Shown here piece after piece: positions 7,759 to 16,756 of a stretch of DNA of 24,056 nt (position 1 is its first letter; each line of letters begins with the position of its first letter). The notes under the pieces were generated by a model that was not told the origin of the DNA, did not search any database, and saw only the letters and a list, made by a program, of their open reading frames with translations. Position numbers and translations under genes: made by a program. Source of the stretch: an uncultured Methanosarcinales archaeon (GTDB taxonomy: Archaea > Nanobdellota > Nanobdellia > Woesearchaeales > CAZYIM01); assembly GCA_964647565.1 (NCBI GenBank), contig CAZYIM010000038.1, forward strand, positions 1 through 24,056, written 5' to 3'.

Positions 7759-8538
7759 ATGGTGTTAGAATTAGCCATAATGAACGAAGTTATGGAGGCC
7801 CAAGCTTACAATCTAGATGGTGTTTCAGCAGAAGAAGCCCAAAGGTTTGGCCACTATCTAGCAAAGATAACTTTCACCGAAGATCCGGTTACAAAAGAGG
7901 AGGAAAGACTCTCGGAAAAGATTATGAAGCTATTGAATGAAACTCCTTCTACCAAGTTCGAATTATTAAAAGTACAAAAGGAACTCCTCGAACTTCGCAC
8001 AAAAAAGGACTATAACACCAAGCTTCATGGCATTTGGTTTGATAAGGATGATGATTTAACAAAAAAAAATCCCATGAATATCTCAATGTGGGCGGTGAGT
8101 CAAGTTGAGCATACCCCCATCAATCTTAAAACAGATTCTACTATTGGCGAAATTGTCTCTGGAAATTGGTTGTTTAAATTATATGGCAAATTTGCAAATT
8201 ATGAAGAAAAAGGGAGATCTGCAATTAGGAAGGGCAAAGGTTATCCTATTGAACGAGTCCAAATTCCTGAAAAATCAATTGAACTTGATTTAAAGATACA
8301 TAATCAATTATATCCCACACATTTCTACGTCGGAGATCTTAGTGATCAGTGTAATGAATGCTTAGTCTATGCACAGGAACAGTATGTTGATGCTCCGGGC
8401 GAATTTCACCAAATGGTTGAGCACAGGGCAGGCTTCTTTTCAATTTTGAATATCAAAAATAGGCTTTACAAAGATTGTTTAAGGGATATTGAAACCATTA
8501 AGCAAGAGATGGTCAGGTTAGAGAAACTAATCAACTAA
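7759..8538 (+). CDS. Hypothetical protein (259 aa, soluble)
   Basis: Long ORF with its own TATA box; no recognised motif. Confidence 0.8.
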   Translation: MVLELAIMNEVMEAQAYNLDGVSAEEAQRFGHYLAKITFTEDPVTKEEERLSEKIMKLLNETPSTKFELLKVQKELLELRTKKDYNTKLHGIWFDKDDDLTKKNPMNISMWAVSQVEHTPINLKTDSTIGEIVSGNWLFKLYGKFANYEEKGRSAIRKGKGYPIERVQIPEKSIELDLKIHNQLYPTHFYVGDLSDQCNECLVYAQEQYVDAPGEFHQMVEHRAGFFSILNIKNRLYKDCLRDIETIKQEMVRLEKLIN

Positions 8539-8565
8539 TTTTCACCACTTCTAAGTAACGAAAAA

Positions 8566-8580
8566 CGAAACATTTATAAA
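8566..8580 (+). promoter_or_regulatory. BRE/TATA promoter
   Basis: CGAAACA-TTTATAAA ending 26 nt before ATG 8606. Confidence 0.7.
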
Positions 8581-8605
8581 GGTTAAAATCGATAATTAGT
8601 ATATA

Positions 8606-9124
8606 ATGTCTGATGTAGCTATCTATGTAACTCATATGGCAGAAGGTGTAACTAATATGCAGTACGACCAGGGAACCCTAAAAGAGGGCTTATCTAATGT
8701 GAAAAAACTCCTAAGAGTTGCAGCAAAGAAAAACATCCCTGTAATCTTCAATGAAATGATAGATAGTAAAGGTAAGCACTGGTCAACCAGAAGAGATATC
8801 TATCATGACATACCTGATTTGGAACCCATCATACACCAAGCTACAGAAGAAACGTTCAAGAATCAACCACTTGATCCTTGGGAACTCTTAAAAAACAAGA
8901 CCAAAACAGTGGTAGTAGTAGGTTATAACAAAACAGACTGTACTAAATGGTTGGCAAGAGCAGCAAACAAACTCGGTTATAATTTTGCAACGACAGACCA
9001 AGTTCTATTCAGCAACCAATACCATCAAAGCTTCAGGGAAAAAATGAGAGCTTTTAGATTCTACCATAAAAAAGGCAAGCTCTATAAGACTGTGGACGAC
9101 TTGATTCAAGGGGAAATAAAATAA
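8606..9124 (+). CDS. Isochorismatase/cysteine hydrolase-fold protein, divergent
   Basis: AIYVTHM, NVKKLLRVAAKKNIPVIF and TVVVVGYNKTDC..ARAANKLGY follow the family pattern. Confidence 0.65.
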   Translation: MSDVAIYVTHMAEGVTNMQYDQGTLKEGLSNVKKLLRVAAKKNIPVIFNEMIDSKGKHWSTRRDIYHDIPDLEPIIHQATEETFKNQPLDPWELLKNKTKTVVVVGYNKTDCTKWLARAANKLGYNFATTDQVLFSNQYHQSFREKMRAFRFYHKKGKLYKTVDDLIQGEIK

Positions 9125-9127
9125 AAA

Positions 9128-9907
9128 TTAACTATAAACTTTCCCTGTTAGAGCATCCACAACAACAGTCTCAAATGAACTGACATCTACCAAATGGTCC
9201 TTAACAGGACATTGAAGATGCACTAGCCAAACATCATCACATTTCTCACACGTGCTATCAAGCCCTATTGGTAGATCTGAGGGATTCTGTGTTCCTTTTA
9301 ATATCAAACTCGTAGTATCAATCATGTCCTGTTCACAGAACTCCATCCAACTGTAATACATCTGAAGGTTCTTGTCAATACCAACGCCATCTCCCTCGTC
9401 TATACCAGAATGTATGTTGTCCTTTTCTGTTATAAAAAAGTCAATGTTCTTCTTCACAGTCAAAAATGCAGTTCCTTTTTTGCAGTCAATTGTGTTCTTG
9501 GAATTTGATATCCTTGCTGAAAAAACAATGCCCTTAGCAGTATTCAAATATTTCAAATCACAACCAAACCCATCAACTATCTTGGCCCAATCTGATTTAT
9601 ACTCCTCCTCGATTTTCTGCACAGCCATCTCCCTTGTGGTGACAACCGGTTCACATTCACCACAATCCACAGGGCATTTGGAACAATCTTCAGAAGGCTG
9701 ACAAGTATTATCGCCACACGTAACAACAGCTTCTGCCTTGACATCGTCCGCATCACAGATATTATTACTGTTCTGATCAAGACAACAACTAGTGCCCATT
9801 TTCATATATGGAGGATTACAGGTAAGGTCTTCAGGATCCACACTCTTCTTGCAACCTACAACTAGAATTAACATCAATATCATAAAAACAATTATTAATT
9901 TTCTCAT
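9128..9907 (-). CDS. Secreted/lipid-anchored Cys-rich surface protein
   Basis: Signal peptide with lipobox-like LVVGC; CNPPY..CCLDQNSNNICD and CGDNTCQPSEDCSKCPVDC modules. Confidence 0.8.
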   Translation of the reverse strand: MRKLIIVFMILMLILVVGCKKSVDPEDLTCNPPYMKMGTSCCLDQNSNNICDADDVKAEAVVTCGDNTCQPSEDCSKCPVDCGECEPVVTTREMAVQKIEEEYKSDWAKIVDGFGCDLKYLNTAKGIVFSARISNSKNTIDCKKGTAFLTVKKNIDFFITEKDNIHSGIDEGDGVGIDKNLQMYYSWMEFCEQDMIDTTSLILKGTQNPSDLPIGLDSTCEKCDDVWLVHLQCPVKDHLVDVSSFETVVVDALTGKVYS

Positions 9908-10003
9908 AAGTTCACCTCTAACAAAGAACTAATTAAAAAAACCTATTTAAATGTTGTGGAAACCTTATATATATCATCATATTCCCTTTTTTTAGAGCAG
10001 AAA

Positions 10004-10300
10004 ATGGACTCAAACAACCTTCCAAGCATTGTTTCCAAAGAGGATATCCCACGACTTCTAGATGATGGGACATCCCATAAGATTCACCATATAGGCTACT
10101 TCAAAGCAACCAGATACAATTCAGAAATCCAGGCCAATGAAACCCTGGAGAGAGACAAGAAAGAAGTCAGAGAAGATGTCATCAATCTTGGAAAAAAAGC
10201 AGGTGGAGACTTTATTGTGATTGAAAAACAATTCGACAAGTTCTACGACAGCAGAAACCAGCACCTTAGGATTATACTTGTCTATGAGAAACTGAGATGA
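10004..10300 (+). CDS. Small hypothetical protein (possibly YbjQ/DUF4156-like fold)
   Basis: ATG 10004 lies downstream of TTATATAT at about 9965-9972; GKKAGGDFIVI pattern. Start uncertain (track uses GTG 9956). Confidence 0.6.
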   Translation: MDSNNLPSIVSKEDIPRLLDDGTSHKIHHIGYFKATRYNSEIQANETLERDKKEVREDVINLGKKAGGDFIVIEKQFDKFYDSRNQHLRIILVYEKLR

Positions 10301-10927
10301 TTATTTCTTCCACACCATGTGCTTTCTAAGGTAAAGATCTACCTCTCTGGTCGCACGAACATCTGCAAAAGCATCATGTGCCCCCTTTAATTCTTTATCA
10401 AACATCGCTTCATAAACAATTCCAAGTTTATATTTCTCAAGTTTAAAAGGCAGCATATCATGGGCATCTAAATATTCAACAGTCATAAGAGGGTCAATTC
10501 GCTTCCAGTAGTTGAAAAAACTTCCAAAGGAAAATTTATCATTGTTCTTATTAGGATCGTACATAAAGCTTCTTAAAAAATCCTGGTCAAACCTGATATT
10601 ATATCCACCCATCTGGAATTTGTTCTTATCTGCTTTTTTGGCATATCTATCAACAAATCTGCTAAGAAATGAGATGAGCTCTTTATGCGCCTCCTGTGGC
10701 GGCATATAATCCTTGATCACCTCAAGCTTAAGATCATTTACTTCTAATGCTTCCTCACTTATATTGTCATAGTTAAATGGCTGCATAAACCATTGTTTTT
10801 CTTCAACGACATCTCCATTAATGTCAATTATGCATGCGAGTTGCAAAATATCATTCAAATTAGGATCAGTCCCAGTGGTTTCAGTGTCGAACCAGAATAT
10901 CTTTTTATCAGTAGGTTTGCCTATCAT
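10301..10927 (-). CDS. DEDDh 3'-5' exonuclease (DnaQ-like)
   Basis: ExoI FDTETTG, ExoII YNIRFD, ExoIII HDAFAD. Confidence 0.93.
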   Translation of the reverse strand: MIGKPTDKKIFWFDTETTGTDPNLNDILQLACIIDINGDVVEEKQWFMQPFNYDNISEEALEVNDLKLEVIKDYMPPQEAHKELISFLSRFVDRYAKKADKNKFQMGGYNIRFDQDFLRSFMYDPNKNNDKFSFGSFFNYWKRIDPLMTVEYLDAHDMLPFKLEKYKLGIVYEAMFDKELKGAHDAFADVRATREVDLYLRKHMVWKK

Positions 10928-11007
10928 TTTATGTCAGAGAAAGTATTCTCCCCTTAAAAATGTTCTCATTTCACTACTTTAAAATAGTCATTTATATATG
11001 AACAAAC

Positions 11008-11015
11008 TTTATATA
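11008..11015 (+). promoter_or_regulatory. TATA box
   Basis: TTTATATA ending 24 nt before ATG 11039. Confidence 0.65.
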
Positions 11016-11038
11016 TCTAAACAAATAATAAGGCTGTC

Positions 11039-11722
11039 ATGGTAATAAAAATAGCTAAAAGAAGAGCCTATGGTGCAAAGCCAGAAAATACATTAGATTC
11101 ATTTAAGAAAGTACTGGAGCTGGGTGTTGATATGATAGAGTTCGATGTCTACAAGTGTAAAACAGGCGAACTGGTCATCATACATAGAGAAAGTGAAGGC
11201 ATAGCTTTAAAGGGCAGAAAACTGATAGAGAACAGCGTCTTTAATGATATAAACACCATGTTTGGTCTAAACAATGAAAAGATACCTGAGTTAGGAGAAG
11301 TCCTGGATCTTATAAACAGGAAAGTCAAGGTAAACATAGAGTTAAAATGTTTTAATATGGCTGCAGATGTAGCACTAGTGATTCATTCTAAGATGAAAAA
11401 TAATGGCTGGACTTACGATGACTTCATAATATCTTCATTTCTCCACCAAGAGCTTGTTGACCTTAAAAAAATTGACGATCAATTGAATAGAGGCGTATTT
11501 ATCAGTTCGCTGCCAGCGGATCTCACAGAAATTCTACCAATAGAACCTTTTTCCATTGAACTGCCAGGAGAGTTTGTCACAGAAGAATTCATAGAAAACG
11601 TTCACAGCAACGGCATCAAGTTATTTGTTTGGTCCATTGATGACAAAGAACAACTCAATGAGATGGAAGCATTAGGTGTTGACGGCGTCTTTATCAACTA
11701 TCCTGAAAGACCTACTAAATAA
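11039..11722 (+). CDS. Glycerophosphodiester phosphodiesterase family protein (first catalytic His missing)
   Basis: PENT, GVDMIEFDV, IIH, NIELK, ISSF, GVDGV; HRG is replaced by KRR. Confidence 0.9.
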   Translation: MVIKIAKRRAYGAKPENTLDSFKKVLELGVDMIEFDVYKCKTGELVIIHRESEGIALKGRKLIENSVFNDINTMFGLNNEKIPELGEVLDLINRKVKVNIELKCFNMAADVALVIHSKMKNNGWTYDDFIISSFLHQELVDLKKIDDQLNRGVFISSLPADLTEILPIEPFSIELPGEFVTEEFIENVHSNGIKLFVWSIDDKEQLNEMEALGVDGVFINYPERPTK

Positions 11723-11723
11723 A

Positions 11724-11945
11724 ATGTACGAACAAGAAGCTACAGTCAAGAGCAAAATTGCCTCAGTTTTCATCATGCCTTTTATCTTTCTGATTCTAGT
11801 CGTGATATCTGCTATCCTGCGCTATAGCAAGCTATTAAACAGCAACACATCTACTCTTCTTGGAGAAATACTGCTCTGGATAACAGTTTTTGGTTTTGGC
11901 ATAAGCGTACATGCATTCATCAAATTGATGAGCAAAAAGACATAA
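11724..11945 (+). CDS. Small two-TM membrane protein (73 aa)
   Basis: ATG 1 nt after the GDPD stop; two hydrophobic segments. Confidence 0.7.
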   Translation: MYEQEATVKSKIASVFIMPFIFLILVVISAILRYSKLLNSNTSTLLGEILLWITVFGFGISVHAFIKLMSKKT

Positions 11946-11947
11946 GC

Positions 11948-12235
11948 TTACAAGATTTCCATTTTTCCGTTTCTACCAGTTGTCAACTGTATCTCTCCCT
12001 GCCACTCATTGACATAGCCATCAATCAGATGCACTTTAGCACCTGCTTTAACCTGGTCAATCTGCTCATTCCAAAGTGTTAGAACTATCTCAGCTCCTGA
12101 CTCATCTTTGGCCTTGGCCTTGGCAACACGTCCTGTCTTGCCAAACTTTGAGAACTCCCTGACCTCTCCAATCTCTGAGACATCAAGAACAATATCAACA
12201 CCCGACATTCTTGGTTGTAATTCATTCACTAACAT
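11948..12235 (-). CDS. ssb: Single OB-fold single-stranded DNA-binding protein (SSB/RPA-like)
   Basis: GRVA..KDESG..LTLWNEQ..GYVNEWQGEIQLTTGRNG is typical of archaeal single-OB SSB. Confidence 0.9.
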   Translation of the reverse strand: MLVNELQPRMSGVDIVLDVSEIGEVREFSKFGKTGRVAKAKAKDESGAEIVLTLWNEQIDQVKAGAKVHLIDGYVNEWQGEIQLTTGRNGKMEIL

Positions 12236-12272
12236 TTTTACTTCACGATTAACAGAAAAAAACAGCCCCTAT

Positions 12273-13772
12273 TTAAAGATTTCTAAACTTAAGTTCACCT
12301 TTTACCAATCCAGAAAGTACTTTAGAGACATCTTCAATCTTGATTCGCTTCTGCTTCTCAGAATCACGATCCCTTATGGTCACAGACTTATCGTCCACAC
12401 TATCAAAATCCGCTGTAATTGCATAAGGTACGCCTTCTTCAGCAGCTCTCAAATATCTTTTTCCAATAGAGCCTGACTGATCATATTTCACTAAAAACAA
12501 CTCCATGAGCTCATCATAAATCTTCATAGACGTCTTAAGAAGCGGCTCTTTTTTAGATAATGGAAAAACCGCCGCTTTTACAGGCGCAATGGCAGCAGGG
12601 ATTGCTAAAATAGATTTACCCTCGCCAATATTCTTCTTGACATAGAACAAGTCTAACAATGCAAATGTAGGCCTATCAGTACCAAATGCAATCTCAAGCA
12701 CATGAGGTACTTCTTTACCACCCTCCTCTTTTAATGCCTCAAGCTTAACACCTGAGAATTTTGCATGTTGGGTAAGATCATAATCTGTCCTGTCATGCAC
12801 ACCGCAGACCTCAAACCAGCCAAAACTTTGGAGCCGCAGTTCAATATCCCAAGCATCGTCAGCATAGAACGCTTTTTCATCAGGACCATGCTGCCTTAAG
12901 CGGATCTTATCAGCAGGAATACCTATTGTCTCAAAAAGATGATAGGCAAGATACACCATGTAGGCATATGCTTGATTCTTGAAGAGGCCCTTTTTCATCG
13001 CTTCTTCAACAGACATCATCACAGGCTTCTGTTGCTTATCCTGAAGCTGCCAAGACCAAAGAGGCACCTTCTTTGCCTTGATCCGTTTATATGGTGCATA
13101 ATCGTTCTTTTGCTCCTTGAACAGGAATATCTGTGCTTCTGCCTGCGTAAACTCTCTACAGCGCATCAGATGCTGTCTTGGCGAAAGCTCATTCCTGTAA
13201 GCTTTTCCAATCTGGAAGACTGCGAATGGTAGTTTTTTACGGAAAAAATCATAAAAACGAGGATAAGGAAGATATGTTGTTGTGGCTGTCTCAGGTCGAT
13301 TATAAGCCTCTATATCCATACCTACAGTGGTTTTCATCATAAGATTATGCTGTTTGATATCTAGCTTAAAATCCCCTTTACAGCTAGGGCATTTAACATC
13401 CTTTTTCTTGATAAAATCCAGGTATTCAGATGGCTGGACACTCAAATCAGGAAAAAGATCACCTAAAAGGTTGTCCACCCTAAATACTGCCTTACATTTA
13501 GAGCAGGCTATCACTGGATCTGAAAACCCGCCCAGATGACCCGAAGCTTCCCAAACAGGCTTAGGCATGACAGTAGGACACTCAACCTCCCAAAAATTGT
13601 GAAGCTGAAATGTTCTTCTAATCAAACCCTCAACATTATTCTTTAGCAACTTTCCAAGCGGAGCATAAGTATAGAATCCTGCAAGACCTCCATAAATCTC
13701 TGGTTCAGGCCCCCATATAAAGCCCTTTTGCTGCATAAAAGCCACAAGCTCCTGTAAAAACTTAGTTTCCAT
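12273..13772 (-). CDS. glyS: Glycine--tRNA ligase (alpha2, archaeal/eukaryal type)
   Basis: EIYGG, VWEASGH, RPETA, QIGKAYRNELSPR, REFTQAE, PHVLEIAFGTDR, and SIGKRY anticodon-binding domain. Confidence 0.97.
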   Translation of the reverse strand: METKFLQELVAFMQQKGFIWGPEPEIYGGLAGFYTYAPLGKLLKNNVEGLIRRTFQLHNFWEVECPTVMPKPVWEASGHLGGFSDPVIACSKCKAVFRVDNLLGDLFPDLSVQPSEYLDFIKKKDVKCPSCKGDFKLDIKQHNLMMKTTVGMDIEAYNRPETATTTYLPYPRFYDFFRKKLPFAVFQIGKAYRNELSPRQHLMRCREFTQAEAQIFLFKEQKNDYAPYKRIKAKKVPLWSWQLQDKQQKPVMMSVEEAMKKGLFKNQAYAYMVYLAYHLFETIGIPADKIRLRQHGPDEKAFYADDAWDIELRLQSFGWFEVCGVHDRTDYDLTQHAKFSGVKLEALKEEGGKEVPHVLEIAFGTDRPTFALLDLFYVKKNIGEGKSILAIPAAIAPVKAAVFPLSKKEPLLKTSMKIYDELMELFLVKYDQSGSIGKRYLRAAEEGVPYAITADFDSVDDKSVTIRDRDSEKQKRIKIEDVSKVLSGLVKGELKFRNL

Positions 13773-13794
13773 AGTGAAAAGAGAATACTCAAGA

Positions 13795-13802
13795 TTTATA
13801 AA
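13795..13802 (-). promoter_or_regulatory. TATA box of glyS
   Basis: TTTATAAA ending 23 nt before ATG 13772. Confidence 0.7.
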
Positions 13803-13925
13803 TTTTTGTCAAAAAACTCGTAATTATCAGCGGTCAAAGACCATTAGCACTCGCTTTTTAAGCACAGTGTATAACACTTTGTTCCACCAGTAAAAATTGG
13901 CGGTATACAAGGCATCAAAAAATAA

Positions 13926-15128
13926 CTATTTTCTCAGCCAGGCTACCTCATCAACACCCAACTCAAACTCTTCAGCCAACGCTCCAGCAATCTGGCTGTT
14001 TCTCTTAAACATCATCCTAAAATATGGTAGCACATCCTCGCTCACTCTCTTAGCACTCGTATGCGTATTTTCAGCAATCTTCTGCACAATAGCCTTCTTC
14101 TTCATCGCCTTAGAATTGGCCATCCATATCTTAAGTAATCGCTTGGTTTGTTGATAATTTGCCATCGTATGATATTTCTCATCCTTAGCAAGAGCAATTC
14201 CAGCACTTAATAAGTCATAACAATAAACATAGAAGCGATAGTACTGCCATCTCCTAATCCTGCCATAATATACATCTGCCAGAGACAAAGCGTCAAAGGC
14301 CCGCATAAGGTCTTTAGGCTTGGTATACTCATAAGGAAGATTATGTTCCATCCATAAAAATATCTTATCTAAGTCCTCATTTACATCATTATACGCAGAT
14401 CTGGCAATATCAATGTTTAGGGTTTTAAAAACCCTGACTAGAGCCTGCATAATAGTCTCTGTTTGGTCTCTTTGAGAGCCCGCCGAGATAAATTCTTTCT
14501 TAATCTTGGAATGTGCTGAAGCAGTCTGCAAATCATTGATAGCAGCCCTCATATCCCCTCCAGCAGACCTGGCAAGGGTTTGGAGTGCATCATCCTCATA
14601 CTCTACATCTTCTTGCTTACATATTCGTTTTAGATTCTCCTTAATATCAAGGTAAGAAAGCTGGTTGAATTCAAGCATCTCACTTTTCTTACGTAACGGA
14701 TTGAATTTCTTCTCCCAAGGATCATTGGCAATCAACACAACAGGAAAGCTGCTCTTGACCATACAATCAGCAATCGCAGGCACCCCACCCCTATCATATC
14801 TGCCAGAAACTCCATCAACCTCGTCGATAAGAATGATTCTCCCTGTAGCAAAAAGAGACATCTGGTTCAAAGCAGGACCTAAAGCAGTTTTAATGCCTTC
14901 TGCATTCCTGACATCAGAAGCATTTATCTCAAGCACATCAAAACCAAGTTCTTCAGCAAGTGCATAGACAGAAGCAGTCTTACCAACACCTTGGGGACCA
15001 TAGACAAAAAGCACTTTCTGACCTTTTTTGTAGCCTTCAACATAGCTCTTCATCCTCTGCAGAACGCTATCCTGTCCAATAACCTCAGAAAGCTTCTTAG
15101 GCCTGTATTTATATATCCACGCCTCCAT
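13926..15128 (-). CDS. rfcL: Replication factor C large subunit
   Basis: WIYKYRP, Walker A GPQGVGKT, EINASDVR, Walker B IDEVDG, GDMRAAINDLQ. Confidence 0.95.
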   Translation of the reverse strand: MEAWIYKYRPKKLSEVIGQDSVLQRMKSYVEGYKKGQKVLFVYGPQGVGKTASVYALAEELGFDVLEINASDVRNAEGIKTALGPALNQMSLFATGRIILIDEVDGVSGRYDRGGVPAIADCMVKSSFPVVLIANDPWEKKFNPLRKKSEMLEFNQLSYLDIKENLKRICKQEDVEYEDDALQTLARSAGGDMRAAINDLQTASAHSKIKKEFISAGSQRDQTETIMQALVRVFKTLNIDIARSAYNDVNEDLDKIFLWMEHNLPYEYTKPKDLMRAFDALSLADVYYGRIRRWQYYRFYVYCYDLLSAGIALAKDEKYHTMANYQQTKRLLKIWMANSKAMKKKAIVQKIAENTHTSAKRVSEDVLPYFRMMFKRNSQIAGALAEEFELGVDEVAWLRK

Positions 15129-15185
15129 AAATAAAAAAGAAAAAAAGATAACTTAAAAAGATTATCTTTTCTTAAGTTTTATCAG

Positions 15186-15300
15186 CGAATGTCTTTATTA
15201 TTGGCCAATCTCGTCTATGATATGTATCTTCGGTTAATAATAAATCGGATAAATAAGCGATTTATTATGCAGTACGAGCGCCCAATAAAGACATAATTCG
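15186..15300. repeat. Nested inverted-repeat element (about 115 bp)
   Basis: ATGTCTTTATT 15189-15199 pairs with 15284-15294; CTCGT 15210-15214 with ACGAG 15274-15278; ATAATAAATCG 15237-15247 with 15258-15268. Confidence 0.75.
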
Positions 15301-15302
15301 TC

Positions 15303-16121
15303 CTATTTTTTCTTCATATGCACATCCCTCTGAGGAAATGGGATGGTAATCTTGTTCTTATCAAATTCTTCCTTAATTACCTTGGTGATCTCAAACTTAA
15401 AAGGCCAAAACTCATCGCTCGAAACCCAGGCTCTTAAAGCAAGATTGACTGAAGAGTCCGCCAGTTCTTTAGCCACAATCTTGGGTTCAGGATCTTTCAG
15501 CACCCTTTTATCTTTCTTAACTGTCTTGAGCATCAATTTCATAGCTTTACCAATATCATCAGAGTATGCAATGCCAAAGTTCTGGTCGAGCATTCGAGTT
15601 TTGTTTGCAGAGTAATTAGTTATATTGCTCTGCCAAATCACTTTATTTGGAACAGTGACTTGAATACCATCATAGGTCTTTAAGACACAATAACTAATCT
15701 CTATCACCTGCACACTACCCTTCACACTACCAATGTCAATAAACTCGCCCACTTTGAAGGGCTTATGGATAAATATCATAATCCCATTGACAAAGTTCTC
15801 CAAAGTATCTTTGAGTGCAAACCCTAACGCTAGGCCAGCAATACCCAAACCCGCTACAAAGGGCAGGACATTAACCCCGAAGATACTCAATATAATCAAA
15901 ACAACCACAATCCATAGTACAACTTCTATCACATTATCGAGAAAATCCTTAACTCCATTATCTTTAAGGTTTCTATCGCAAAGAGCTCTGAAAGCTTTAA
16001 TAATCAATTTGATTACTATCCAGCCAATAGCAAAAACTAAGATAGCCCAAATGACTTTGTTAAGAATAGGAAAAAATTTCGCATAATCTAATGCAATATC
16101 AACACCAAAAATCGTTACCAT
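15303..16121 (-). CDS. mscS: Small-conductance mechanosensitive channel
   Basis: Three TM segments, AGLGIAGLALGFALKDTLENFVNG, KPFKVGE, VPN, ITIPFPQRDVH. Confidence 0.95.
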   Translation of the reverse strand: MVTIFGVDIALDYAKFFPILNKVIWAILVFAIGWIVIKLIIKAFRALCDRNLKDNGVKDFLDNVIEVVLWIVVVLIILSIFGVNVLPFVAGLGIAGLALGFALKDTLENFVNGIMIFIHKPFKVGEFIDIGSVKGSVQVIEISYCVLKTYDGIQVTVPNKVIWQSNITNYSANKTRMLDQNFGIAYSDDIGKAMKLMLKTVKKDKRVLKDPEPKIVAKELADSSVNLALRAWVSSDEFWPFKFEITKVIKEEFDKNKITIPFPQRDVHMKKK

Positions 16122-16178
16122 TTAAACACCCCTAAACTCAAGAAAAAAAATTCTATTAATAAATTTTATTATTTATTT

Positions 16179-16676
16179 TCAGCCTACTTCCAGAAATAAT
16201 TCCGCATAGCTTTTCATACCTGTCAGAAACTGCTTTGGGTGTTTATCAAGGGCCTCCAAGAGCTCTTTTTTTGAGAACCATCTTATTTGGGTGACTTCCT
16301 CTTTCTGAATCTTAAAGTCACTAGTATCTTTGTCAATCACGCAGCTAAACCACTGTGTAAAATGTTTATGTTTGCCTTCATACCAGATTTTTGGCTCCAG
16401 TTTAAATCTAACATTACATATCCCCAACTCTTCTTCAGCCTCCTTGGTAATATTATCTTCATAGCTCTCGCCCTCTTCAACAGTGCCTGCAACTGCAGGA
16501 CCCCACTTGCCAGGATCATGAGTCTTGTCAAAAGCTCTTTGTGCCAATAAAACCTCTCTCTTTGAGTTTACCACCCAAAGCGCTGAAACACGATATATTA
16601 AGCCCTTATGATCAACAACATCCATACTCTCTGCGCCTATGATTTTATCCTGTTTATCAACAACAATTATATTCAT
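16179..16676 (-). CDS. NUDIX hydrolase (IDI-1/YfcD-like)
   Basis: LLAQRA..K..PGKW and Nudix box GTVEEGESYEDNITKEAEEELGI; TTTATAAA at 16698-16705. Confidence 0.9.
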   Translation of the reverse strand: MNIIVVDKQDKIIGAESMDVVDHKGLIYRVSALWVVNSKREVLLAQRAFDKTHDPGKWGPAVAGTVEEGESYEDNITKEAEEELGICNVRFKLEPKIWYEGKHKHFTQWFSCVIDKDTSDFKIQKEEVTQIRWFSKKELLEALDKHPKQFLTGMKSYAELFLEVG

Positions 16677-16756
16677 AATCTATAGAGAAGGAAATACTTT
16701 ATAAAAAACTTTCATTTTCAAAAAAACTTAAAAACACATCCCCTTTCCTCGCTTCT

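Noticed and set aside
13803..13925. Possible ncRNA or T-box-like leader upstream of glyS
   Set aside because: Only 4-5 bp hairpins are present, and the glyS TATA position implies a leaderless transcript that excludes this region.
15143..15170. AAAAGATAA/TTATCTTTT inverted repeat around the rfcL promoter
   Set aside because: Low-complexity AT-rich sequence; plausible by chance.
16179..16676. Assigning the NUDIX protein as isopentenyl-diphosphate isomerase
   Set aside because: The IDI-1 metal-binding His residues and catalytic Cys motif are not present.
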